NCBI GenBank assembly: GCA_965223505.1
Contig: CBDCWP010000030.1
Span: forward strand, 1-64,000
DNA: 64,000 nucleotides
Direction: 5' to 3'
Source of the DNA: Planctomycetota bacterium
GTDB taxonomy: Bacteria; Planctomycetota; PLA2; JAEUHO01
The notes beneath the pieces were generated by a model. That model searched no databases. It was not told the origin of the DNA and was given only the letters and a program-made list of their open reading frames with translations. How positions within the stretch are numbered: position 1 is the stretch's first letter; the number at the start of each line of letters is the position of its first letter. Shown here piece after piece: positions 47,195 to 60,497 of the stretch. The translations under genes and the position numbers were made by a program.

Positions 47195-48325
47195 CTACGC
47201 GAGGAAGTCGTCGTTGCGCGAGATGCGCAGCTCGGACTCGCCATCACCCTTCTCGCCAGCCGGTTTCTCCGTCTTCGGACCCTCGTCGTCGGTGCCGAAC
47301 AGCGCGTCCAACGCGGCAGCCGCGGGCGGCGGCGCCGCCGGAACGGCACCGGAGCCGTAGTCCACCTGGGGCGGCACGAACTCGTCTTCCGCCGGAACCT
47401 CCGGAACGAGCTCGGGCGTCGGGGGATGGTTGAGGAACGTCTCGGGCTCCTCCGGCTCTTCGGGTTTCAGGGAGAGCCTCGCTCCGGGCGCGGGCTCGGT
47501 GAACGTCGGCAGGCCGTCGAACGCGCGCGTCTCGTTCGTCTGTCCCGTGGAGGTGTCCGTCGCGCTGGCGCCCGGCACGGGGAACGTGTTGCTTCGAAGC
47601 GCTTGGTTTTGTCGCTTCGTGCTCGGCGTGTGCCAACGGCTCCACAGCACGAAGAAGACCAGCAGCACGACGAGGAGGCCGCCGGCAACCGAGCCGACGC
47701 CGATCCACTCGCGCCAGACCGGATCGGGCTCTCGCATCTCGATCGAACCCGCGGCGCGGTCGAACATGCCCCGGTAGTCCTTCGATCCGGACACCGGCGC
47801 GTCCATCGCGAGAATCACGCAGCTGCCCTCGCCGAATGCGAACACGAGCCTCAGCTCCCGCGCCATCCCATTGGACTTCGCGTATCCCAGACGGCCCATG
47901 ATGCCGTGCGCGGTCGGGCTGATCTTGCTGCGGACGAACGTTCCCGGCTCGACGTCCGGCAGCTCGCGCGCCGTCATGCGCATGCCCATCTCGAACGCCT
48001 CGAACATGATGTCGTCGATCGTCTCCAGCCCGCGATCCCCGGGCACCGAATAGCGCAGGATGAACAAGCCGGCTTCCGGGGTGCCTTCGTTCAGCGCGAC
48101 GAACGAACGCTCGTCCGCATCCCCACCGAACGGCAGCCCGGTCCCGGAGACCAACGTGCGCACGCGCTCGCGCTCTCTTCCGAAGAGCGATGCGGGGGCC
48201 GGCTTGAACTCGTCGGGGAGGCGCAGCCCATAGCCGCTTCCGCCGGTCTCACCGGCAACGGCGGTCGGCGCGCACGCGAGGCAGGCCCAAACGACGATGA
48301 GGATGAACAGCGAGCGTGCGGACAC
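47195..48325 (-). CDS. Single-pass membrane protein with a low-complexity cytoplasmic tail
   Basis: Signal peptide, YGLRLPDEF (PsbP-like start), TM GGLLVVLLVFFVLW, Pro/Glu-rich tail. Confidence 0.7.
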   Translation of the reverse strand: MSARSLFILIVVWACLACAPTAVAGETGGSGYGLRLPDEFKPAPASLFGRERERVRTLVSGTGLPFGGDADERSFVALNEGTPEAGLFILRYSVPGDRGLETIDDIMFEAFEMGMRMTARELPDVEPGTFVRSKISPTAHGIMGRLGYAKSNGMARELRLVFAFGEGSCVILAMDAPVSGSKDYRGMFDRAAGSIEMREPDPVWREWIGVGSVAGGLLVVLLVFFVLWSRWHTPSTKRQNQALRSNTFPVPGASATDTSTGQTNETRAFDGLPTFTEPAPGARLSLKPEEPEEPETFLNHPPTPELVPEVPAEDEFVPPQVDYGSGAVPAAPPPAAAALDALFGTDDEGPKTEKPAGEKGDGESELRISRNDDFLA

Positions 48326-48424
48326 GGCAGGACCCCTGGGGCGCGACCTGCCGGGTGCGCAGGTCGCAACACCCCTCCATCGGCCTCGGGGCCGCTCCGG
48401 CGTTAGTCGATTCCGCGTCGATAC

Positions 48425-49387
48425 TTACAGAGCGTCCGGTGCGCCCGCAGCCCCGAGATAGCGGGCGTAGAACGGCTGGTCGGGACCGGGTCCCTCGTCA
48501 GTGGGCCGCGCCTTCCAACGCCGGTGCGACCAGTTGTACTGATCCGGCGCCGCGCGGATCCAGTGTTCGAACGCCTCGTTCACCTCCGAGAGCACGCGGC
48601 GCACGCGCTCCTCGACGGGCAGAGCCGCCGACGGCTCTTCGATGCGGCGTACGTGCACGTCGAAGATCGACCCGCACCGGCGAACGCAGGCGCCGACGTA
48701 CGTCGGCGCGCCCGTTCGCAGCATCACGCGCGCGGGTGTGGCGAAGGTGGACGCCTGACGGCCGAACAGCGGCACGAACACGCCCTTGCGGCCGGCGTTC
48801 TGATCCCCCAGGAACGCCACCCAGTCGCCGTGCTCGAGCGTGCGGATCATCTCGCGCACCGCGCCTCGCTTGCGAATGATCTTGCCCCCGCCGCGGCGGC
48901 GAGCCACGTAGGCGTCGAAGACCGGGTTGTCGAGCGACCGCATCACCGGGCGCAGCGTGCCTTGGCGGGCCTGCACCGACCAAGCCGCGCACTCCCAGTT
49001 GCCCAGGTGGAGCGACACGATCAGCCCACCGCGGCCGGCGTCGGCATCGGCCTGCAGCGCATCCCAGTCGCCGTGGAAGTGGAACTTCCCCCGCGCCGCG
49101 CTGACCGAGCCGAACAGCCGCTCCGCGGCGACGAACTCCATCAGCACGCGGCCCCAGTTGGCGAACGACCCCCGGGCGATCCGGCGCCGATCGCGCTCGG
49201 TCAGCTCGTCGCCGTACGCGATCCGCAGGTTCTCCAGCGCGATCCGACGCCGCCGGCGCGAGACGTAGAAGTAGAGCTCGCCGAGCAGCGCCGCCGTCTC
49301 GCGCGCGAAGCGCGGCGACAGGCAGCGCACGAACACGTCGGTGCCGCGCAACGCCAGGTCGAAAGCCGCGTTTCGGAGCCGTCTCAT
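48425..49387 (-). CDS. lpxL: Lipid A late acyltransferase (LpxL/HtrB family)
   Basis: IALENLRIAY, HLGNWE, LDNP, LGDQNAG..GVFVPLFG, PDQYNWSHRRWK. Confidence 0.88.
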   Translation of the reverse strand: MRRLRNAAFDLALRGTDVFVRCLSPRFARETAALLGELYFYVSRRRRRIALENLRIAYGDELTERDRRRIARGSFANWGRVLMEFVAAERLFGSVSAARGKFHFHGDWDALQADADAGRGGLIVSLHLGNWECAAWSVQARQGTLRPVMRSLDNPVFDAYVARRRGGGKIIRKRGAVREMIRTLEHGDWVAFLGDQNAGRKGVFVPLFGRQASTFATPARVMLRTGAPTYVGACVRRCGSIFDVHVRRIEEPSAALPVEERVRRVLSEVNEAFEHWIRAAPDQYNWSHRRWKARPTDEGPGPDQPFYARYLGAAGAPDAL

Positions 49388-49485
49388 CGCCGCCAGGGTA
49401 CGGCGGAGGCAAACGCGCCGCCGCTTGGGACTACACTGCGCGTGGTGGGGCCGGCCCGGGCGCCCGGGCTCCCGGAGGTGATCCG

Positions 49486-50775
49486 TTGCAGTACGTCGCT
49501 CGCTTGTTGCTCCTGTTGGGCGTGACCCTCGTGGCCCCTCTCGCCGCCGGCGCCGAGGAGGAGCTGTCCCCCGCGGAGCGCAAGAAGCGCATCGCCAAGG
49601 CCAGGAAGGCGATGGAGGCCGACCACCGGGACTTCGTCGCGCGGGTCAACAAGGCGATCGACAGGGGCCACGACTGGCTCAAGGCCCAGCAGAAGTCGGA
49701 CGGCACGTTCCACTTCCACTGGCCCAACCGCGCCCAGAACCTCGGCCGACAGGCCTTCTACCTGTTCACGTTGGCGAAGTGCGGCTCCGGTCCCAAGAGC
49801 AAGGAGATCAAGGCCGGACTGAAGGGCCTCGCGCACTGGGAGGGCCGCGTCGCGCCCAAGGACATGAAGACCTACTCGGTGGCGGCGCTGATCCTGTTCT
49901 ACGACGCGCTCTACAACCCGACGCCCAAGCCGAAGAAGGACACCCGCTACGCGGCGCCCAAGGTCAAGAAGTGCAAGTACCCGAAGCTGATCCGCCAGAA
50001 GCTGGAAGAGCTGGTCAAGTGGCTGGCGGACCACCAGGAGGAACAGGTCTGGCGCTACCCCGGCGGCAACGAAGGCAACCAGGACCTCTCGCACACGCAA
50101 TACGTGTTGCTGGCGCTGCAAGCCGCCGCGCGCTGCGGCATCGAGGCGACGCCGGAGGTCTACAAGAAGGTGCTCCCGTACATCTTCGCCGAGCAGCAAC
50201 AGGACGGCGACGAAGAGCGGCTCTGGATGGAGAACCCGGCGTGGGAGCCGGGCGTCGAGGATCGCTACGGGCGCTTCCTGCCCGGGGCGCGCGTGAAGGC
50301 GCGCGGCTGGGACTACCGTCCGGGCAATTTCGCGGTGACGGGCAGCATGACCACCGCCGGCATCGGCAGCCTGGCGATCATCAAGGAGCGGCTCGACGCG
50401 CTCGGCGCCCTCGACAAGGAAACGACGAAGAAGATCGACGCCTCGATGTTGAGCGGACTGGCGTGGCTCGGGGTCCGCTTCAACGTCGAGAAGAACCCCG
50501 GCCAGGGCGGCTGGCACTACTACTACCTCTACGGCCTGGAGCGCGTCGGCGCGCTCCTCGGCATGAAGTTCATCGGCAAGCACGACTGGTACCGCGAGGG
50601 CGCCGAGTACCTGCTCGCGAAGCAGACCGAGGCCGGCGGCTGGCCGGCAGGCCCGGCGGGCGCGTTCCAGAACTACGAGGACGAGCTCCTGCAGACCTGC
50701 TTCGCCCTGCTGTTCCTCAAGCGCGCGACGGTGCCCCCCGCGACGCCCATCGGACCGGTGGTGACGGGTGACTGA
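49486..50775 (+). CDS. Secreted prenyltransferase-repeat protein, paralog of 40090-41307
   Basis: GGAGGTG then TTG; signal peptide; DLSHTQYVLLAL, VTGSMTTAGI, YYLYGLERVG, DWYREGAEYLL. Confidence 0.8.
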   Translation: MQYVARLLLLLGVTLVAPLAAGAEEELSPAERKKRIAKARKAMEADHRDFVARVNKAIDRGHDWLKAQQKSDGTFHFHWPNRAQNLGRQAFYLFTLAKCGSGPKSKEIKAGLKGLAHWEGRVAPKDMKTYSVAALILFYDALYNPTPKPKKDTRYAAPKVKKCKYPKLIRQKLEELVKWLADHQEEQVWRYPGGNEGNQDLSHTQYVLLALQAAARCGIEATPEVYKKVLPYIFAEQQQDGDEERLWMENPAWEPGVEDRYGRFLPGARVKARGWDYRPGNFAVTGSMTTAGIGSLAIIKERLDALGALDKETTKKIDASMLSGLAWLGVRFNVEKNPGQGGWHYYYLYGLERVGALLGMKFIGKHDWYREGAEYLLAKQTEAGGWPAGPAGAFQNYEDELLQTCFALLFLKRATVPPATPIGPVVTGD

Positions 50776-51070
50776 GCCGGACGACGAGCCGGATCTCGAG
50801 AAGGTGCGGAATTACAAGCGTCCGGTGCTGCCCTTCGAGCGCGGGCCCGACGCCGGCGGCGGAAAGTTCGCCATGGCCTCCGTAGGCATCGAATTCGGCC
50901 TGATCGTGGTCTTGTTCTTCCTTGGCGGGCGTTGGCTCGATGGGAAGTTTGGCACCGACCCGTGGCTGGCGGCGGCCGGAAGTCTTCTGGGCGTCGCACT
51001 CGGGATGTACCGCCTCATTCGCGGCGTGACGCGGCTCCAAGACGGCCCCTCGAAGGGATCCGGGAGCTAG
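50768..51070 (+). CDS. AtpZ/AtpI family protein
   Basis: Two TMs flanking GRWLDGKFGTDPW; first gene of the atp cluster. Confidence 0.85.
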   Translation: MTEPDDEPDLEKVRNYKRPVLPFERGPDAGGGKFAMASVGIEFGLIVVLFFLGGRWLDGKFGTDPWLAAAGSLLGVALGMYRLIRGVTRLQDGPSKGSGS

Positions 51071-51101
51071 CGATCGGGCCTCGCGGGGCGGATGGGGCCC
51101 C

Positions 51102-51599
51102 GTGAAGAAGCACCTCTTGCGCGCGCTGCTCGTGACCGTCGTCGTGGCGGCTGTGCTCGCGTGGCCCGCTTGGGCCTGGGGCGGGCGGACGGGCCTCGTC
51201 GCCATGGCCGTCGCGGGCGGCATCTGCCTGCTGGCCGCGTTCCTCGCCCTGCTGCCGCGGCTGTTCCTGGCGATCGCACCTCCGAACGACGCCAACGCCT
51301 CGAACGCGGTGCTGGCCTCCACCGGAATCCGCCTGCTGATCACGATGCTCGGGGCCCTGATCGTCGTGATGACCCGGCCGTTCGACACCTGGCAATTCAC
51401 GGCCTGGTTGGGCGTGTTTTATTCCGCCCACTTGGTGTTGGAAGTTGTCGTGTCCCTCCGGGACCTGCGGCAAAATCACGCGCGATCGGGCAGCCAGGAC
51501 CCGGAAACGGGCGCTGAAACCTCCGGTCGAGGGCGCTCCCAGTCGGGCGGCGCCGACGAAGCGAACGAAGAAGACGCGCAAGGAGCACACCAAGCATGA
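51102..51599 (+). CDS. ATP synthase subunit I-like four-TM protein
   Basis: Four hydrophobic segments, GIRLL motif, ATGA overlap with atpB. Confidence 0.7.
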   Translation: MKKHLLRALLVTVVVAAVLAWPAWAWGGRTGLVAMAVAGGICLLAAFLALLPRLFLAIAPPNDANASNAVLASTGIRLLITMLGALIVVMTRPFDTWQFTAWLGVFYSAHLVLEVVVSLRDLRQNHARSGSQDPETGAETSGRGRSQSGGADEANEEDAQGAHQA

Positions 51600-52435
51600 C
51601 TCCGCTGCTGCCAGCCGCGATGCCCTCGTTCGCCGGCTGCGTGTTGGCCGCCGGCGACGATCCGCTGGGTCACGTGCTGCCGCACACGTTCTTCACGTTC
51701 GGCGAGTACACCGTCACGAACCACATCGTGATGCTGATCGTGTCCGCGTTGTTGCTGGCGATCTTCGTGCCGATCTTCGCCCGCAAGGACGCGCTGGTCC
51801 CCAAGGGCTTCCGCAACTTCCTCGAAGCGATCCTGATGTTCCTGCGGGAGGAGGTCGCGCGCCCCGCGCTCGGCAGCGCGACGGACAAGTTCATGCCGTT
51901 CCTCTGGACGATGTTCTTCCTCATCCTGACGGCGAACCTGCTCGGCATGATCCCGCTGGGCATGATGGCGGCGCCGATCGACGCGCACCTGCAGCACATC
52001 GGCGGCACCGCGACCGGTAACCTGGCCATCACCGCCGGACTCGCGCTATGCGCCTTCGTGGTGATCCACGGGTCGGGCATGCGCGCGCAGGGCGTGGGCA
52101 AGTATTGGAACAACTTCTTCTTCGGCCACGCCCCCATGGCGCTCGCGCCGCTGATGATCCCGCTCGAGATCATCGGCGCGCTCGTCAAGCCCTTCTCGCT
52201 GGCCGTTCGTCTGTTCGCGAACATGACCGCGGGACACATCGTTCTCGCGATGCTCGTGATCTTCGCCGTGAAGGGCGCCGCAATGGGTGGCGCCGGCTAC
52301 GGCATCACGTTGACCGCGATCCTGGGTGGGGTTGCGATCGGTCTGCTGGAGCTCTTCGTGGCGTTCCTGCAGGCCTACATCTTCACCTTCTTGACGACGC
52401 TTTTCATCGGCGCCGCGATTCACCCGGAGCACTAG
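51596..52435 (+). CDS. atpB: F0F1 ATP synthase subunit a
   Basis: NLLGMIP, TATGN, KPFSLAVRLFANMTAGH, ELFVAFLQAYIF. Confidence 0.97.
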   Translation: MTPLLPAAMPSFAGCVLAAGDDPLGHVLPHTFFTFGEYTVTNHIVMLIVSALLLAIFVPIFARKDALVPKGFRNFLEAILMFLREEVARPALGSATDKFMPFLWTMFFLILTANLLGMIPLGMMAAPIDAHLQHIGGTATGNLAITAGLALCAFVVIHGSGMRAQGVGKYWNNFFFGHAPMALAPLMIPLEIIGALVKPFSLAVRLFANMTAGHIVLAMLVIFAVKGAAMGGAGYGITLTAILGGVAIGLLELFVAFLQAYIFTFLTTLFIGAAIHPEH

Positions 52436-52480
52436 CCCGCGAGCGCAACGCCGAGAACGCCTTTTCTATTCAGGCGCTGA

Positions 52481-52774
<294 letters not shown>

Positions 52775-52800
52775 CGTCGCGAACGACGTTTGGGGGCGAT

Positions 52801-52828
52801 CCGAGCCGCGGTGATCGCCGCGGCTCGG
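52801..52828 (+). promoter_or_regulatory. Strong stem-loop between atpE and atpF
   Basis: ccgagccgcgg-tgatcg-ccgcggctcgg, perfect 11-bp stem, no U-tract. Confidence 0.65.
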
Positions 52829-52869
52829 GCGCACGGCTCGAGTGAATTGAATGCAAGCGGAGTAGCGAA

Positions 52870-53451
52870 ATGCGCCACATGATCTTCAGTGTCGCGGTGC
52901 TCGTGGCCCTGTCGCTGTTCGCCACCCCGGCGTGGGCGGCGGAGGGCGACCTGACGCACGTCGATCCGTGGGCGGTGATCACGTCGATCGCCGTCTTCGT
53001 GCTGTTGCTGGTGGTCCTCGGCAAGTTCGCGTGGAAGCCGATCCTCGACGGGCTGCAGAAACGCGAAGAGACCATCCAACAGGCGCTCGACGAGGCCAAG
53101 GAAGCGAACGAAGAGGCCAAGAAGGTCATCGCCATGTACGAGGCGAAGCTCGACCACGCCAAGGAAGAGGCCGCGGCGATCGCCGAGGAAGCCCGCAAGG
53201 ACGGCGAAGACATCCGCGCTCGCATCCAGGAAGAGGCGCGGGCCGAACGCGAAGCGACGGTCGCCCGCGCGAAGCGCGAGATCGATCAGATGGCCGCGGC
53301 CGCCTGGGAGACGATCGTGAAGGACGCGGCCGCCATCGCCACGTCGACGGCGAGCCAGATCGTTCAGCGCGAGCTCGACCAGGCCGGCCACGCGGACATC
53401 GCGGCCAATGTCGTGAGCCAGTTCACGACGCGTCGGAGCGACGAGGACTGA
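52870..53451 (+). CDS. atpF: F0F1 ATP synthase subunit b
   Basis: TM then KFAWKPILDGLQKREETI and a long charged helix; extra signal-like N-terminus. Confidence 0.95.
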   Translation: MRHMIFSVAVLVALSLFATPAWAAEGDLTHVDPWAVITSIAVFVLLLVVLGKFAWKPILDGLQKREETIQQALDEAKEANEEAKKVIAMYEAKLDHAKEEAAAIAEEARKDGEDIRARIQEEARAEREATVARAKREIDQMAAAAWETIVKDAAAIATSTASQIVQRELDQAGHADIAANVVSQFTTRRSDED

Positions 53452-54018
53452 TGTCGGCAGCGCACGCCAGTCCCGGAGCCGCCGTCTACGCGAAGGCGTT
53501 GGCCGAAGCAGCGGAAGCCGCCGGCGGTCTCGACGAGATGCGCTCCATCGGCGAGGCGCTCGACGCGATCGGCGAAGCGTGGGAGAAGGACAAGGTCTTC
53601 CGCGCGTTCTTCCTGTCCGCCGAGATCGCTTCCACCGACAAGGGCGTGGCGATGGACAAGCTCACGTCGGCCGGCTTCCCCCGGCTCGTCGCGAACTTCC
53701 TGCGGCTGGCCTACCGGCGGGGCCGCCTGGCGCTCCTGCCCGAGATGGCCTACGCGTACCGCGAGCTGCTCGACGAGAAGCTCGGGCGCGTCCCGGTCAC
53801 CATCACGACCGCCGCGTACGTCGACCCCGACCGGTTGGCCACGTGGAAAGAACAGATTCGCGCCGCTGTCAGCGGCGAACCCGTGGTCGAACACGTCGTT
53901 CGGCCCGAGATCATCGCGGGCGCGATCATTCGCGTCGGCGACCGCGTAATGGACGGGAGCGGCCGCCGCCATCTGGCGGAGCTCGAACAGCGGATTGTCC
54001 AAAGAGGAATGCAGACGA

Positions 54019-54035
<17 letters not shown>
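53451..54035 (+). CDS. atpH: F1 ATP synthase subunit delta
   Basis: [39 protein letters not shown] overlap. Confidence 0.93.
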
Positions 54036-55557
<1,522 letters not shown>

Positions 55558-55600
55558 CGCGCAACACCCAACGAGGCCCCTAGGGAAGGAACCGGACTGA

Positions 55601-58329
<2,729 letters not shown>

Positions 58330-59004
58330 CTACGCGAAGCCGACGTCGAGCGATCGCGCTTCGCGGACGAGCTCCAGATACTCGTCGCGCTCGATCTCCT
58401 CACAGCCGAACTGCTCGAGATGATCGGTGAGGAACTGCACGTCGAGCAGAACGAAACCGCGCGCACGCAAGTGCTCGACCAGGTGAACGAACGCGAGCTT
58501 CGACGCGTCACGAACGCGATGGAACATCGACTCGGCCGCGAACCCGCCGCCGAACGCGACGCCGTAGATCCCGCCGATGAGCCGATCGTCCTGGCGGATC
58601 TCGACGGAGTGCGCGTGACCGAGCGCGTGCAGCTCCGTGTAGCACGCCACCATCGCCTCGTGGATCCACGTTCCGTCGGGGCCGGTTCTCGTCGCACGCT
58701 CGCATGACGCCTTCGAAGTCGTGGTCGTGTCGAACCTCGTAGACATGCCGCCGGCGCGTGCGCCGCAGCCGGCGGGAGAACATGCCAGCGCGTCGAGCGG
58801 CAGCACGGCCCGCGGATCCGGCGACCACCAGAGAACCGGCGAACCCTCTTCGTACCAGGGGAATACACCGTGCCGGTACGCGTCGAGAACGAGGTGTGGT
58901 GAGAGTTCCGCACCGACGGCGACGAGGTCTTGGCCGGGCTCCATGTTCACGTCGTCGAACGGGCTGCGGCCTGCCTGCGCTGCTTCGTCCGGCCCTTGTG
59001 TCAC
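58330..59004 (-). CDS. aat: Leucyl/phenylalanyl-tRNA--protein transferase (internal segment out of frame as given)
   Basis: AYRHGVFPW, WWSPDPRAV, GTWI, GHAHSVE, GGIYGV, ESMFH...DASK, DVQFLTDHL; about 35 codons shifted between 58678 and 58786. Confidence 0.92.
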   Translation of the reverse strand: MTQGPDEAAQAGRSPFDDVNMEPGQDLVAVGAELSPHLVLDAYRHGVFPWYEEGSPVLWWSPDPRAVLPLDALACSPAGCGARAGGMSTRFDTTTTSKASCERATRTGPDGTWIHEAMVACYTELHALGHAHSVEIRQDDRLIGGIYGVAFGGGFAAESMFHRVRDASKLAFVHLVEHLRARGFVLLDVQFLTDHLEQFGCEEIERDEYLELVREARSLDVGFA

Positions 59005-59192
59005 AGTTTGGCTCCGCGTTCGACCCTCTCGGTCAGACGAACTGAAAACTACTCTAACGCGGTCGAAACGGACGCCCGCGGCGCCGCTGATCCGAGCTTG
59101 CGGGTGCTTCGCCTGCTACCTACGCTCTTTTGCCGGGCAGAAGGAGTCCACGGGATTCGGGTCCCCGTGCATTCCGGCGTGGGAGAGATCGG

Positions 59193-60182
59193 ATGCGACA
59201 GCATGTTTCGCGGGGCTCGACCATCACGGTCGCGTGCGGGTTCCTCATCGCACTGTCGGCGTGTGCCGGTCAACCGTTGAGCAGTACGGCACGCGCCCCG
59301 TCGGCCTCCCTCGTGAACGCCGGCGGCGCCGGATGGACGACCGCACCGCTCGGGTCGCAAGCCAGCTTCTCGAGCACGACCGCGCCCTCGTTGCAGGCCG
59401 CGCCGCGGCCGCTGAGCACGAGCAACATCAACACGTCGACGCTCGATCGACCGCAAGCAACCGGCGTCGCCGACGCGACCCGTCCCCCGCCCCCCCCGCC
59501 GCTCGACGGCGAAGCGCCGCTGAGCATCGCCGACACCACCGCGCCGTGTCCGCCCGACCCGTGCGCCCCGCCGCCCGCGCCCGACCCGTGCGATCCGTGC
59601 GCGCCGCCGCCGGCGCCCATCGTGACCGGTTGCCAGTTGCCGTGCACCGCGGGTTTGAGCCAGTGGCACATCCGCGCCGTCGGCGGCATCGTCTTTTTCG
59701 AAGGCGACGACCCGGGCGAGGACTGCGGCTATCTCGGCCTCGACGTCGGCCGCACGTTCTGCGGCTGCTGGGGCCTCGACGCGTTCTACCGTTGGAACAG
59801 CGGCACGTTCGACACGTTTCGTCCCAGCCAAGCGCAGCCCGGCCAGGTCGTCTTCGGGAAGGACGGCGGTGACTGGCACCACTTCGGCGTGAAGCTGACG
59901 TACGAAAGCAGCTTCGGCAACAACTCGCGTCTGTACTGGTGGGCCGGCGCGGGACCGGAGTATTTCACGACGAGCGGCTACGACGACGACGACGACGGCT
60001 TCGGCGTCTTCGGCGAGCTGGGCCTCGGCTATTTGGTGAACCAGAACTGGCGCATTCGCGCCGGCGTCAACATTCACGGTGTGGACACGAAGGTGACGCG
60101 CAGGAACCCGACGATCGACGGCGGTAAGCGTCGATTCCTCTGGTTGATTGCGCCGGTGATCGAGGTCGAGGCGAGCTTCTAG
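59193..60182 (+). CDS. Lipoprotein-signal outer-membrane beta-barrel protein with a Cys/Pro-rich linker
   Basis: Lipobox LSA-C; PCPPDPCAPPPAPDPCDPC; amphipathic strands (HFGVKLTY, FGELGLGY); C-terminal Phe (IEVEASF). Confidence 0.75.
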   Translation: MRQHVSRGSTITVACGFLIALSACAGQPLSSTARAPSASLVNAGGAGWTTAPLGSQASFSSTTAPSLQAAPRPLSTSNINTSTLDRPQATGVADATRPPPPPPLDGEAPLSIADTTAPCPPDPCAPPPAPDPCDPCAPPPAPIVTGCQLPCTAGLSQWHIRAVGGIVFFEGDDPGEDCGYLGLDVGRTFCGCWGLDAFYRWNSGTFDTFRPSQAQPGQVVFGKDGGDWHHFGVKLTYESSFGNNSRLYWWAGAGPEYFTTSGYDDDDDGFGVFGELGLGYLVNQNWRIRAGVNIHGVDTKVTRRNPTIDGGKRRFLWLIAPVIEVEASF

Positions 60183-60404
60183 CGGCACCGGCTTCGGCCG
60201 CGACACGGAAGGAGAAACAGCGCACGAATCGAGGCTGCTTCTGCCCCGTTTCGACATGTTCAGAATTCTCGACGCGCGATGAAGCGGATGAACGGCTCGG
60301 CGCCCTTTCAGGGGGCGTTGCCGGAGACCAGAAAACTACGGAAGACAGGTAAAGAAAAGGACTTGGAGCGATTTGCCGGCGAGGGGCCGCCTCCCCCGTC
60401 CCCG

Positions 60405-60421
60405 TTGGCCGGGCATGTGCC
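60405..60421 (+). promoter_or_regulatory. Candidate sigma-54 (-24/-12) promoter
   Basis: TTGGCcgggcatgTGC with GG-N10-GC spacing, about 77 nt before ATG 60498; A-rich tract about 45-60 nt upstream. Confidence 0.4.
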
Positions 60422-60497
60422 ATGCAATGCCCAGGGATGACCCCCAAGTTCAGGTGAGACGGACCGTCGAGGGGCCGCCTCCATCGGGATCACAACC

